A stretch of 64,000 nucleotides of DNA, from assembly GCA_026706075.1 (NCBI GenBank), contig JAPOZM010000001.1, positions 16,230-80,229 of the forward strand, written 5' to 3'. Source of the stretch: Gemmatimonadaceae bacterium. GTDB lineage: Bacteria > Latescibacterota > UBA2968 > UBA8231. The notes beneath the pieces are model-generated. The model worked only from the letters and a program-made list of their open reading frames with translations. It made no database searches and was not told the origin of the DNA. This document shows, in pieces, positions 8,859-18,447 of the stretch. Positions within the stretch are counted from its first letter, which is position 1. Each line of letters begins with the position of its first letter. A program made the position numbers and the translations under genes.

Positions 8859-11078
8859 TCACTTGAGTAGAAGCATCTTCCGCATCTGGACGACCGGCCC
8901 GGCCTGCAGCCGGGCGAAGTAGACCCCGGTGGCGAGTGGCTCGCCCCGCTGGCCGCGGCCGTCCCATCGAGCGGCTCTTCCGCTGGCTTGGTACCAGCCC
9001 GCCGGCCGGTAGCCCAGATCGATCTCGCGCACCAGGGCCCCCCGCACATCGTGGATCGTCAGGCGCACCCGCGCCGGCGCCTGGAGCTGGAAGGGGATCC
9101 AGGTCTCCTGGTTGAAGGGATTGGGGTAGCTGGCCAGCAGGGCGGTCCAGTCCGGCAGTGGCTGGGAGAGCCCGACCGACGTCGGGGCGCCGAGGTACGG
9201 CGACAGGTCCCACAGCAGGATGGTGCCGTCCGAGCCGCTCGCCAACAGCTCGCCGTCGGGAGAGAAGGCCACCGACAGGACCGGAGTCTCATCTCCCTGT
9301 CTTTCAAGGACGGCCCGCAGCTCCCAGGTATCCGTGTCCCACAGCCGGACCAGGCTGCCGCCACAGCCCGCCAGGATCCGTCCGTCGGGAGAGAAGGCCA
9401 GGGAACGAGAGTCCTCCAGAGAACCCCGGAGCTCCCAGGTGTCCGTATCCCACAACCTGATCCGACTGCCGCCGCCGGCGAGGATCCGTCCGTCGGGAGA
9501 GAAGGCTACGGGCGTCCTCCAGTACTCGGGTGAGCTCTCTTCCAGAAGGGTGCGGGGGGCTGCGGTGTCAACGTCCCACAGCAGGACCAGACGACCGCCG
9601 CCGCTGGCGAGGGTCCGTCCATCCGGTGAGAAGGCCAGCGACTGCGCGCCGCCGACCGTCTCGTCCCCGCCCAGGATCTCCTTCAACCGGGCATCGGGCA
9701 CCGAGTACAGGTAGATCAGCCCGCGCCCGGCGGAGTTGGCCAGGCATGCGCCGTCCGGCGAGAAGGCCAGGCCTACGACCGCCGCGCCGCCTGGAAGCCT
9801 GGCCAGGTGCCGGCCGCTGCCGACGTCCCACAACCGGACCGCATGGTCGCCGCCTCCAGTGGCCAGGAGGGAGCCGTCCGGGGAGAATGCCACCTTGAGG
9901 GCCCGCCGCCAGTGGCCGTAGAGAACGGTTCGGAGGCGGCGGCCCTCTACGTCCCACAAGCGGACGGGATTGTCGTCGCCGGTACTGGCCAGACTCTTCC
10001 CATCGGGAGAAAAAGCCAGCGACCCCACGTATCCCATGTGCTCGGCTTCGAGGCCCAGGGTGGCCTCGAGCTCTCCGCTTTCCACGTCCCACCGGCCGAC
10101 CGTATGGCCCTGACCGCCGCTGACGGCGACCCTGCCTTCGGGCGAGAAAGTCACGGAGAGGATCCTGTAGTTCCCCATCGGCAGCGAGGCCCCGGACTTG
10201 CCGCTGGCCACGTCCCACACCCGCACCTCGCTGCCGCCGCCGCTGACCAGGGTCGCCCCGTCCGGAGAGAAGGCCAGGTGATAGACCATGGCCCGGTGGC
10301 GATGCGGCAGGACCTGGTGTCCGCCGGCGGCCAGGTCCCACAGCCGGACCTCGCCGTTGCGCCCGCCGCTGGCAAGCATCGAGCCGTCCGGAGAGAAGGC
10401 CAGAGCCTGGACCCAGGTCCCGAGACCCTCGAGAGTGCCGGTGTGAAGACCCTCGTCGACGGACCAGAGCCGGATCGTGCCGTCGGCGCTGCCGCTCGCC
10501 AGCGTCTCCCCGTCCGGAGAGAAGGCCACGGAGAGGACGTCCCACAGATGCCCCGCCAGGACCGCCTCGGTCCGGGCGGAGTCCACGGACCACAGCCGGA
10601 CCCGCCTGTCCTTGCCGCCGGCCGCCGCCAGTAGCGAGCCGTCCGGCGAGAAGGCCAGGGCGACCACCATCCCCCTGTGCCTTTCCAGCAGGCTGTCCTC
10701 CAGCAGGCTGTCTTCGTAGCGACCGCTGGCCAGGTCCCACAGCCGCACCAGGCCGCCCTCGCCCCCGCCGGCCAGGCTCGACCCGTCCGGGGAGAGGGCC
10801 AGAATGCGGATCCCCTCCGCAGTCCCCTCCAGCCGGGCGAGGTCGGCGCCGGTCCGCCCGTCCCGGATCCAGACACCGTACTTGCCGCCCAGGGCCAGCC
10901 GGGTGCCATCGGTCGAGAAAGCCATGACCTGGATCTCCCCCCGGCCCAGGCGGGCGATTGCGCCTTCGGGCAGCGGCACCGCTTCGCCGCCGGCGAGGGT
11001 GTCCCGCGCCATCAGGAGACCGAGCCCGGCGAGGGCCACGGCGGTCAGCGGTCCCGGCGTTATCCAGGTCCTACCCAT
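8859..11078 (-). CDS. secreted WD40-repeat protein with T9SS C-terminal sorting domain, copy A
   Basis: ORF 8859..11078, ATG start. MGRTWITPGPLTAVALAGLGLLMA leader and the same AFSPDG...RLWD repeat series. C-terminus LLASYPNPFNQETWIPFQL...GVYFARL...MLLLK. The start overlaps the MATE stop by 8 nt. Confidence 0.85.
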   Translation of the reverse strand: MGRTWITPGPLTAVALAGLGLLMARDTLAGGEAVPLPEGAIARLGRGEIQVMAFSTDGTRLALGGKYGVWIRDGRTGADLARLEGTAEGIRILALSPDGSSLAGGGEGGLVRLWDLASGRYEDSLLEDSLLERHRGMVVALAFSPDGSLLAAAGGKDRRVRLWSVDSARTEAVLAGHLWDVLSVAFSPDGETLASGSADGTIRLWSVDEGLHTGTLEGLGTWVQALAFSPDGSMLASGGRNGEVRLWDLAAGGHQVLPHRHRAMVYHLAFSPDGATLVSGGGSEVRVWDVASGKSGASLPMGNYRILSVTFSPEGRVAVSGGQGHTVGRWDVESGELEATLGLEAEHMGYVGSLAFSPDGKSLASTGDDNPVRLWDVEGRRLRTVLYGHWRRALKVAFSPDGSLLATGGGDHAVRLWDVGSGRHLARLPGGAAVVGLAFSPDGACLANSAGRGLIYLYSVPDARLKEILGGDETVGGAQSLAFSPDGRTLASGGGRLVLLWDVDTAAPRTLLEESSPEYWRTPVAFSPDGRILAGGGSRIRLWDTDTWELRGSLEDSRSLAFSPDGRILAGCGGSLVRLWDTDTWELRAVLERQGDETPVLSVAFSPDGELLASGSDGTILLWDLSPYLGAPTSVGLSQPLPDWTALLASYPNPFNQETWIPFQLQAPARVRLTIHDVRGALVREIDLGYRPAGWYQASGRAARWDGRGQRGEPLATGVYFARLQAGPVVQMRKMLLLK

Positions 11079-12447
11079 GCCTCCGCCTCTCCCTCCGCTC
11101 CTCCGCCCGCAGACGCCGGTGCATCCACGCCAGGGCGACGAAGGAGGTGATCAGCCCCGAGGCGGCGAAGGAGAGCCACACGCTCCCGATGCCGAGGTGG
11201 AAGACGCGCGTCAGGGTCCATGCCAGGGGCACCGAGATCAGCAGCACGCGCAGGGAGGTCAGCACCAGGCCGGGCAGACCGCTGCCCAGCCCCCGGAAGA
11301 CGCTGCCCGAGACGATGCCCACGGCGATGAAGGGGAAGGCCCAGGTGATGACGCGGATGTAGCCGACGGCGACGTCGACGATGACGGGCTCGGTGGTGAA
11401 GAGGCCGGCCAGCCTGGGCGCGAAGATCCAGAACAGGACGCCGATGGCCACGGCGAAGGCGACGCTGCGGGTGAGGGCATAGCGCACGGTGGAGCGGATC
11501 AGGTCGACGCGGCCGGCGCCGAAGAACATGCCGACCACGGTGACCATGCTCGTGGCCAGGGCGATGACGGGGAGGAAGAACACGGCGTCGAGACGGCTGC
11601 CCACGCCGATCCCGGCCACGGCGTCGGGCCCGAAGGCGGAGACGATGCGGTTGTAGAACATGCCGCCCGCCGCCATGATCAGCATCGACCCCGACGACGG
11701 CAGGCCGACTCGAAGCAGGCCGGCGGCGGTGGCCGCCGAGGGCCGGAACTCGCGGAAGCGGAACTCGACGTAGCTGCCGCGGCGGACGAAGAGGTGGATG
11801 AGAAAGGCGCAGCAGACCAGGGCCTGGCTGACGACGGTGGCCACCGCGGCGCCCCGGATCCCCATGCCGGCGACGAAGATGAAGACGGGGTCGAGGCCGA
11901 TGTTGAGCAGCGTGCCGCTGCCCTGCAGGGCCACGGGGGTGCGCGTGTCCCCCTCGCCGGCGAGGATGGCGTGGAAGGTCCCGTTGAGCAGGACGAGGAC
12001 GAAGCCGGGGGCCAGGATCCCGAAGTAGCGGGTGGCCAGGTGCAGGGGCTCGTCCCGGGCGCCGAGGGCGCGGAAGAGGTCGAGCTGAAAGGTGATCGCC
12101 GCCGCCGCGGTGCCGAGGCCGACGGCCAGGGCCAGGAGGATGGCGTGCTCGGCGGCGTGGCCCGCGCCCGGCCTGTCACCGGCCCCCAGGTGGCGCGCCA
12201 CGGCGCTCGTCGCCCCCGCGCCGAGACCGAAGGCGATGCCGGTGGCGAGGAAGACCAAGGGCATGCTGAAGGTCAGGGCCGCCACCGCCGAGCCGCCGAG
12301 GCGGCCGACGAAGGCCATGTCGGTGAGGTTGTAGAGGGTCTGCACGCCGATCCCCGCCAGGATCGGCAGGGCCAGCCGCCAGACCGCCCGGCGCGGGTCG
12401 GCCAGGGCCTCGGCGACCCGGTCCCCTCCGGCCGGCCGCCGGGTCAC
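11071..12447 (-). CDS. MATE family efflux transporter
   Basis: ORF 11071..12447 (GTG start). Opening ...AVWRLALPILAGIGVQTLYNLTDMAFVGRLG... is the canonical MATE (NorM/DinF-like) N-terminus. The protein is hydrophobic and multi-helix throughout. Confidence 0.85.
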   Translation of the reverse strand: MTRRPAGGDRVAEALADPRRAVWRLALPILAGIGVQTLYNLTDMAFVGRLGGSAVAALTFSMPLVFLATGIAFGLGAGATSAVARHLGAGDRPGAGHAAEHAILLALAVGLGTAAAAITFQLDLFRALGARDEPLHLATRYFGILAPGFVLVLLNGTFHAILAGEGDTRTPVALQGSGTLLNIGLDPVFIFVAGMGIRGAAVATVVSQALVCCAFLIHLFVRRGSYVEFRFREFRPSAATAAGLLRVGLPSSGSMLIMAAGGMFYNRIVSAFGPDAVAGIGVGSRLDAVFFLPVIALATSMVTVVGMFFGAGRVDLIRSTVRYALTRSVAFAVAIGVLFWIFAPRLAGLFTTEPVIVDVAVGYIRVITWAFPFIAVGIVSGSVFRGLGSGLPGLVLTSLRVLLISVPLAWTLTRVFHLGIGSVWLSFAASGLITSFVALAWMHRRLRAEERRERRRHG

Positions 12448-12643
12448 GTCCGGGGGTGGGCGCGGCCACCCTGGAGCGGATCGGCTGGAGCGCCGCGCTC
12501 TCGGCCCGTCAGGGTACTTGGGTTCTCGGTGGAGCGCCCGCCACCAGGTCCGGCGCGGCCGTCACTCGCTGCGGCCCTCACGGTAGCTGCGGCCGATCGA
12601 GCGCCCGTCACCAAACCGGCGGCGCCGTCACTCGCTGCGCCCG

Positions 12644-13264
12644 TCAACGGGCTGACGCCTCGCAGCCGCTCTCGAGGCGGACGTAGCGGAAGGCCTCCGG
12701 GTCCCGATCCCGGGCGGCGAGGTAGTCGCCGCGGCTGACGGCGTACTCCTCCTTGTCGTGGTGCGACTCCCACTTGGGCACGAAGTGCAGCCGCCGGCGC
12801 TGATGGCGCATGCCCAGCTTGCGCAGCACGCTCCCCGAGCGCGGGTTGTGGCTCAGGTGCGAGGCCGCGATCCGCTCCAGGCCCAGCTCCTCGAAGCCGA
12901 AGGCGACCACGGCCCGCCCCGCCTCGGTGGCGTAGCCCTGCCCCCAGTGGCGGCGGCCGAACCAGTAGCCCATCCCGGCGTCGGTGTCGCCGCCGCCCAT
13001 GCCGACGAAACCGACCACGGCCCCGGTGGCCCGCTCCTCCACGGCGAAGCTCAGGGAGCCGGAGGACTCGTACCCCGGGCCGTGGCGGGAGAGCCAGCGG
13101 CGCGCCATCTCCTCGGTGTAGGGATACCGCACCGCCACCAGGGTGGAGGCCACCTCCCAGTCCCCCACCAGTCCCTTGACCTCGGCGGACTCGTCCGGGG
13201 AGAAGGGCCGCAGGCGAAGGCGCGGGGTCTGGAGGACGGGGTAGGCGGAGGAGACCTTCCTCAT
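12644..13264 (-). CDS. GNAT family N-acetyltransferase (RimJ/RimL-like)
   Basis: Last 206 aa of ORF 12644..14356; ATG 13264 (ATGA overlap with the upstream stop). LQTPRLRLRPFSPDE...GYWFGRRHWGQGYATEAGRAVVAFGFEELGLERI pattern. Confidence 0.85.
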   Translation of the reverse strand: MRKVSSAYPVLQTPRLRLRPFSPDESAEVKGLVGDWEVASTLVAVRYPYTEEMARRWLSRHGPGYESSGSLSFAVEERATGAVVGFVGMGGGDTDAGMGYWFGRRHWGQGYATEAGRAVVAFGFEELGLERIAASHLSHNPRSGSVLRKLGMRHQRRRLHFVPKWESHHDKEEYAVSRGDYLAARDRDPEAFRYVRLESGCEASAR

Positions 13265-14505
13265 GCCGGCCCGAAGAAGGAGCCCTCGGCCTGGGCGCGC
13301 GCATAGAGTCGGGCGAACTCCTCGGAGCCGTCGTCCTGCCGCAGCTCGAACCGGTGGCCGCGGATCAGGCCCTCCTGGTAGCCCATCTCGCGCTCGAGGT
13401 TCGGCGGCCCCACCGAGTAGAGGGTGCTCCCCCCGCCGAAGCGGGTCACGCCGAGGACCCGCGGCATGACGTAGGGCTCGCGGGCGGCCAGCCGGGACAG
13501 TTCGTCCTCGCGGACCTCGACGCCGAGACCCGGTCCCTCGGGCACCCGCGAGCAGCCCTCGACGACGGGGATGCGCTCGGCCGCCAGGTCCTCCTCGTAG
13601 TTGTCGTCGAGGGTGATGGTGTGGGCAACCCGCGGCAGCACCGCCCCGAGGTGGAGGGCGAAGGCGGTGGCCAGGGAGCCGCCGGTGAGCTGGATCACCG
13701 AGGGGATGTTGGCCTTGGAGTAGGCGAAGCCGCGGTGCAGGGCGTCGCCGAAGCCGCCGCAGTACTCGCCGATGATGTAGCCGTCGGCGAGTCCGTGGAT
13801 CATCTCCTGCAGGCCGCCGAGGGGCGGCACGTGCATGTAGAGGGGGATCTCCGTCTTCTCGCGCAGGCGCCGCCAGCCGTCGATGTCCCTCAGGTCCAGG
13901 GGGTCCTCGATCGAGCCCACGACCCAGGACTTCTCCAGGCGCTTGATGATCGGCAGCACCACCCCGACGGAGCGGTTGTGGTTGAAGTCGTACTGGATGC
14001 GGAAACGGTCCGGCGCGCTCTGCTCCACCGCCTCGTTCTGCTCGAAGACGTCGTAGTGGTGGCAGGTGTGCATCTTGAAGAGGTTGTAGCCCTGGTCGAC
14101 GGCGCGGCGGATCTCGCGGCTCAGGACCTCGGGCGGCGCCGGACGCGTCCAGGCGGCCACGGCCACGCGGTCCCGCACCTTGGTCCCCATCAGCTTGTAG
14201 GCCGGGATCTCCAGGTGCTTGCCCATGGCGTCGTAGAGGGCCGCCGACAGGCCGAGGCACCACTGGCTGAGGCCGATGTTCAGGTCGTGGTTGATGAAGT
14301 CGAAGGGGTTGCGCCCGATGAGGGGCTCCACGGCGGAGCGGTCCGGCGCGTAGCACCGGTACTCGCCGTACCCGGCGACGCCGTTGTCGAGGCTGACCTT
14401 GAAGACGACGCGCTGGTGGAGCTGCGCCATGGGCGGCAGGTAGTCGGGCAGGTGGGGGCCGATCGCCGGCTCGACGCAGAAGACCTCGATGTCCTCGATT
14501 CTCAT
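13261..14505 (-). CDS. enolase-superfamily enzyme (mandelate racemase / muconate lactonizing enzyme-like)
   Basis: ORF 13261..14505, ATG start. MRIEDIEVF..., YNLFKMHT, QYDFNHN and GSIEDPL spacing resembles the MR/MLE metal-ligand pattern. Assignment made by eye. Confidence 0.75.
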   Translation of the reverse strand: MRIEDIEVFCVEPAIGPHLPDYLPPMAQLHQRVVFKVSLDNGVAGYGEYRCYAPDRSAVEPLIGRNPFDFINHDLNIGLSQWCLGLSAALYDAMGKHLEIPAYKLMGTKVRDRVAVAAWTRPAPPEVLSREIRRAVDQGYNLFKMHTCHHYDVFEQNEAVEQSAPDRFRIQYDFNHNRSVGVVLPIIKRLEKSWVVGSIEDPLDLRDIDGWRRLREKTEIPLYMHVPPLGGLQEMIHGLADGYIIGEYCGGFGDALHRGFAYSKANIPSVIQLTGGSLATAFALHLGAVLPRVAHTITLDDNYEEDLAAERIPVVEGCSRVPEGPGLGVEVREDELSRLAAREPYVMPRVLGVTRFGGGSTLYSVGPPNLEREMGYQEGLIRGHRFELRQDDGSEEFARLYARAQAEGSFFGPA

Positions 14506-14521
14506 GGCTCTCGTGTTCCTC

Positions 14522-14941
14522 TCACGGGTTGGGCGGCGAGGTGCAGATCAGGATCACCAGGGTCTCTCGCCCCGTGTTCTCCACCCCGTGCTCGCACCAG
14601 GGCGGCAGGTAGATGAAGTCGCCCTTGCTCACCTGGCGCTGCGAGTTGGCAAAAGTCATCAGCCCCTCGCCCTCGAGGACGACGTAGGTCTCCTCCGTCG
14701 GGTGGGATCCGGGCTCCAGCACGACGTGGGGCGGCACGTAGAACAGGACCAGGCCCAGGTTGCTGGCCGGCGCCTTGTCGTTGGCTGGATGGACGACGCG
14801 CACGCCCACGCCGTGGCACCCGGGGTAGACCACCGGGACCCCGTCGGCGACGCTGACGATCCTGGGGTCCGGCGACTCTTCCGGCCGCGGCGGGCCCGTG
14901 GGCGGGCCGTCGTATCCCTTGAACTCGGTGATCTTCGCCAT
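14522..14941 (-). CDS. cupin domain protein
   Basis: In ORF 14522..15094; start at MAKITEFKG (ATG 14941). LEPGSHPTEETYVVLEGEG and GDFIYLPPWCEHGVEN fit the two cupin motifs. Confidence 0.75.
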   Translation of the reverse strand: MAKITEFKGYDGPPTGPPRPEESPDPRIVSVADGVPVVYPGCHGVGVRVVHPANDKAPASNLGLVLFYVPPHVVLEPGSHPTEETYVVLEGEGLMTFANSQRQVSKGDFIYLPPWCEHGVENTGRETLVILICTSPPNP

Positions 14942-15074
14942 GCTCTCGTCCTTCTCCTCGGTGTGGTTGGGTCTGGCGGCCGGGGAAGGTACGCAAGGCG
15001 CACCTGCCTCGCCGGAGCCGGACGCGGTGACTACATTGCGCCGCTCCCGAACCCGAGACAGGAGACCCGCCGGA

Positions 15075-15905
15075 ATGATGAAGCTTGGCTGCATGTCCCT
15101 CAGCTACAACCAGGAGTTCAAAGCCGGACACCTCGACCTGGAGGGATTCATCGATCGCGCCCACGAGCTGCGCCTCGACGGCATCGACCTGCACACCCGC
15201 GCCTTCGCCTCGGAGAGCCCCGACTACCTGCGCAACATCCGCATGCAGGCCCTCAAGCGGGGCCTCGCCCTCTCCTACATCGGCGTCAGCTCGAACTTCG
15301 GCGTGCCCGCCGGCGAGCAGCTCGACGAGCAGGTGAGCAGCGCCAGGCACTGGATCGACGTGGCCGAGTTCATGGGCATCCCCCTGGTGCGCGTCTTCGC
15401 CGCCTGGATCCCCGAGGGCGACACCGAGGAGGCCGTGTGGGCGCGCATGATCCCCTGCCTGAAGGAGGTCGCCGCCCACGGCCGGGAGAAGGGCGTGGTG
15501 GTGGGCCTGCACAACCACAACCACGGCTGCGTCACCCGCACCGGCCGCGACGTGCGCCGCATCATCGAGGAGGTCGACGACCCGTACTTCTCGCACATCC
15601 TCGACACCGGGCAGTACGTGGGCTCCCCCGGCGCCACCGGCCAGCGGGGCCATGAGGACCCGTCCCTGAACTTCTACGGCTCCATCGCCGAGACGGCGCC
15701 CCTGGCGGTGCACGTGCGCTGCAAGATCTACCGCATCCAGTCGGGGACCGAGGAGTGGCTCGACTACCCCCGCATCTTCGAGATCCTGCGAGGCGTCGAC
15801 TTCAACGGCTGGTGCTCCATCGTCTACGAGGGCCAGGACGTGGAGGCCGAAGCGACCGCGGTGCCGAAGGCGGTCAACTACCTGCGCGGCCTGATGGACG
15901 CCTGA
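15075..15905 (+). CDS. sugar phosphate isomerase/epimerase (xylose isomerase-like TIM barrel)
   Basis: In ORF 14898..15905; start at MMKLGCMSL (ATG 15075). LDGIDLH, IPLVRVFA, GVVVGLHNHN and WCSIVYEG elements. Confidence 0.8.
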   Translation: MMKLGCMSLSYNQEFKAGHLDLEGFIDRAHELRLDGIDLHTRAFASESPDYLRNIRMQALKRGLALSYIGVSSNFGVPAGEQLDEQVSSARHWIDVAEFMGIPLVRVFAAWIPEGDTEEAVWARMIPCLKEVAAHGREKGVVVGLHNHNHGCVTRTGRDVRRIIEEVDDPYFSHILDTGQYVGSPGATGQRGHEDPSLNFYGSIAETAPLAVHVRCKIYRIQSGTEEWLDYPRIFEILRGVDFNGWCSIVYEGQDVEAEATAVPKAVNYLRGLMDA

Positions 15906-15908
15906 GCC

Positions 15909-17105
15909 TCAGGCTGTCTCCCAGCCGTCGACGAAGCTCTCCAGGGTCAGCCCTCCGGGGAAGCTCTCGAAGCGGTAGCTCATCGGCCCCGACTGGTACC
16001 CGGGCACGTACTCCCTGCCTCCCGGGGCCTTGAGCATGTCGTCGAGGGGCCCGAACCGCCGCCACAGGGTCTCCAGGTCTTCACCGCCAAAACGCGGCTT
16101 CAGCTCCCGGTCCTGGGTGAAGTCGCCGCCGTAGCCCGGGCGCTCGGGGTGGGGGCCGCGGGCCAGCTTGCGGGCCAGCTTGGACAGCAGGATGAGGCAG
16201 ACCTCGCGCATCGATTCACCGGGGTGCAGGCGCGCCACGCTCTCGAGGAAGGCCGGTCCGTCCCCGGCGATCGCCGCCCGGAAGGCGGCCTCCATGAGGT
16301 CGCACTCGGTCTCGTAGAGCTCGCGGTGCCGGCGCCAGGCCTCCTGGTCGGCGGCGCCGAGGAAGGGGGACGGGTCGCCGCGCCGGTGCAGGCCGGCCAC
16401 GTAGGGCAGCAGGTCCCCTCCGAAGCTGCGGTGCCCGAAGTGCACGGTGCGCCGCAGCCTGCGGCTGTAGTCGCTCCCCCAGTGCAGGATCAGGTTGGTG
16501 TAGACAACCGCGTCGCCGGCGGCCAGCTCCACCGGGACGCCGCCCGGCAGGGGCCGCCGCGGGTCCTGTGCGAGGGCCTGGCTCTCGGCCTCGGTGTTCG
16601 GCCGCCGGTGGCTGCCGGGCACGACCCACAGGACGGGGTCGTCGTAGAGGGGCAGGTTCCACTGCAGGTACCCGGGCCCGTTGGCCAGCAGGTCCCGCTG
16701 CAGGCCGGCGACCGGGGCCTGGTCGATGGGGTGGATGTCCCGGTGCCAGACCGCCGGCCCGTGGTCCCGCACGGGGCTGCACATCATCATGAAACTGGTC
16801 GGGGCCGCCTCGGCGCCCATGATCCGGCGGCTCGTCTCCAGGGGCCGGCCGAGGAGAAGCTCCACGGCGGCCGCCGACTCGCCGTCGTCCACGAGACCGT
16901 CGAAGCCGACGACCCGCGGTTGGGGTGATCTCTCCCAGACGCCCCCGGGCGGGTCCTCCCGGCCCCGCTCGCGGCGCCAGATCCGGCGCTGGCGGTCGAG
17001 AAGGCCCTCGAAGACGGTGCGCAGGCGGTCCAGCTCCGAAGGCGGGACGGCGTTGCGGACGATGCAGAAGCCGTTCTCCAACAGCTTGGCCCGGAGATCG
17101 CTCAT
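15909..17105 (-). CDS. phytanoyl-CoA dioxygenase (PhyH) family Fe(II)/2-oxoglutarate oxygenase-like protein
   Basis: In ORF 15909..17153; start at MSDLRAKLLENGFCIVRNAV (ATG 17105). WHRDIH (HxD), VVPGSH and LILHWG motifs. Confidence 0.65.
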   Translation of the reverse strand: MSDLRAKLLENGFCIVRNAVPPSELDRLRTVFEGLLDRQRRIWRRERGREDPPGGVWERSPQPRVVGFDGLVDDGESAAAVELLLGRPLETSRRIMGAEAAPTSFMMMCSPVRDHGPAVWHRDIHPIDQAPVAGLQRDLLANGPGYLQWNLPLYDDPVLWVVPGSHRRPNTEAESQALAQDPRRPLPGGVPVELAAGDAVVYTNLILHWGSDYSRRLRRTVHFGHRSFGGDLLPYVAGLHRRGDPSPFLGAADQEAWRRHRELYETECDLMEAAFRAAIAGDGPAFLESVARLHPGESMREVCLILLSKLARKLARGPHPERPGYGGDFTQDRELKPRFGGEDLETLWRRFGPLDDMLKAPGGREYVPGYQSGPMSYRFESFPGGLTLESFVDGWETA

Positions 17106-17229
17106 GGCCGGCGGTCCTGTGAGAGAGGGTGAGTGGCTCGCGGGTCCCCGCATGGGCCGCCGAGTGAAGCCCCTCGACGGCCGGGGCGCAATCGGGACGA
17201 TTCCGGCCCCGGGCCTCGGGGTTCGCGCG

Positions 17230-18120
17230 CTAGGGGATCCCCAACTCGGCCCGGAAGGCCTCGTCGTCCAGGGACTGCAGGTTCCAGTACGGGCGCCGCA
17301 CCGAGGCCAGCAGCTCGCCGCTGGCGCCGGAGGAGTCCTGCCACCGCAGGATCCGGTGCGGGTACTCGGTGTCGACCCATACCGTCTTCCGCCGCTGACC
17401 GTAGCTCCAGGTCCACGGCACGGCCTCCCGGCTGCGGCCCTGCACCACCACCGGCTCCCGCCGGCCCTTGCTCAGGACCGCCTCCACCAGCTCCCGGGGG
17501 CGATGACGGAGGCGCAGCTCCCACAGGCCGGGCAGCAGCATCACGCCGCGGCTCTCCCCCTCCTCCATCAGCGGCCCCCGCAGCTCGCGGATCCGGATCA
17601 GCAGGTTGTCCTCGCTGACCAGCTCCGGCGGCCGGTCCAGGCGCCAGGACTGGCGGCCCACGCGCTCGAAGTAGCTGAACAGCTCCCCGAGGACGGCGCC
17701 GCCGCGCACCTGCACCTCCTCGAAGACGTGGCCGCACCACTCCTGGGCGGTGAAGGTGATGCGCAGGGGCTCGAAGGACCGGCCGCCGGCCCGGGGCTCC
17801 ACGGCGCTGAAGACGGAGGTCATCATCGAGTAGTCGTAGATGCCGGTGGTGAATCGCAGCATCCGGTTGAGCTTGAGGGCGTAGATGCGGTCCGACTTCG
17901 GCGTGTCCGGGCTCTCCACCTTGATGAGGGTCCCGGCGTGCACGTCCTCGGTGACGAAGACGAGGACGGCGTGGCCCTCGCGGGGCTCGCCGTAGCGCGG
18001 CTGCACCACCTGGTAGCCGGACAGCTCGGCGCGGCCGTCGGCCCAGTGCCCGTAGAAGTCCTGGGCCGGGGCCGGCGCCGCCGCCGTCAGCAGGACGAGA
18101 GCCAGAGTCGTTTCTCTCAC
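17230..18120 (-). CDS. hypothetical exported protein
   Basis: In ORF 17230..18306; GTG at 18120 preceded by GGAGG. VRETTLALVLLTAAAPAPAQD signal-peptide-like leader. No family recognised. Confidence 0.6.
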   Translation of the reverse strand: MRETTLALVLLTAAAPAPAQDFYGHWADGRAELSGYQVVQPRYGEPREGHAVLVFVTEDVHAGTLIKVESPDTPKSDRIYALKLNRMLRFTTGIYDYSMMTSVFSAVEPRAGGRSFEPLRITFTAQEWCGHVFEEVQVRGGAVLGELFSYFERVGRQSWRLDRPPELVSEDNLLIRIRELRGPLMEEGESRGVMLLPGLWELRLRHRPRELVEAVLSKGRREPVVVQGRSREAVPWTWSYGQRRKTVWVDTEYPHRILRWQDSSGASGELLASVRRPYWNLQSLDDEAFRAELGIP

Positions 18121-18419
18121 GACGGTTCCTCCCTTGTCAAGAGGGCCAGGGGTCCCGCCATCGACGGGGTCCGGGAGAGCAAGGGCGGTGTCGCCGACAC
18201 CGACGCGGGTCGAGGCCGCCGGCCCTGGCGGGCGCAATGTAGGTGCATCCCCCGGAGAGCATAAAGCCCCGGTCCCCATCCAGCCTCGATATACACGGAC
18301 AACCATCTGTTTCCCATGACAAACAGGCGGTGCCCTGCCTGAACTGGATCCTTGGGAGGCCCGACCCGGATACCCGGTAAGGGCGGGAATTCCTTTCAGT
18401 CAGGTGCCGCATTTCCCCG

Positions 18420-18447
18420 TTGCATTGTGACCCCCCGTGGCTATATT
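18420..18447 (+). promoter_or_regulatory. candidate sigma70-type promoter for feoAB
   Basis: TTGCAT (18420..18425), a 16-nt spacer, then TATATT (18442..18447), in a lower-GC intergenic stretch 67 nt upstream of the feoA ATG. Confidence 0.3.

Larger units (their letters stand above)
4825..11078 (-). repeat. tandem duplication of a two-gene module (units about 4825..7971 and 7983..11078)
   Basis: Both units encode a WD40-T9SS protein followed after 11-46 nt by the Gly-zipper partner. The 3' ends of the WD40 genes are near-identical at nucleotide level (5785.. ttacttgagtagaagcatcttccgcatctggacga versus 8859.. tcacttgagtagaagcatcttccgcatctggacga). The propeller bodies are clearly more diverged by eye. 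Confidence 0.8.

Noticed and set aside
5785-11078. WD40 proteins as STAND/NLR-like intracellular defence or signalling proteins
   Set aside because: There is no NTPase (NACHT/NB-ARC) or effector domain. Both proteins have N-terminal export leaders and T9SS tails, so they are extracytoplasmic.
10804-12738. 644-aa plus-strand ORF opposite the MATE transporter gene
   Set aside because: It is low-complexity Gly/Asp/Glu/Ala/Arg/His translation. The minus strand gives a textbook MATE N-terminus and a multi-helix profile.
12644-14356. 570-aa ORF read through the GNAT gene into the enolase-superfamily gene region
   Set aside because: Only the last 206 aa form a GNAT. The upstream part is Arg/Pro/Gly-rich off-frame text overlapping the well-formed enolase-superfamily frame 13261..14505.
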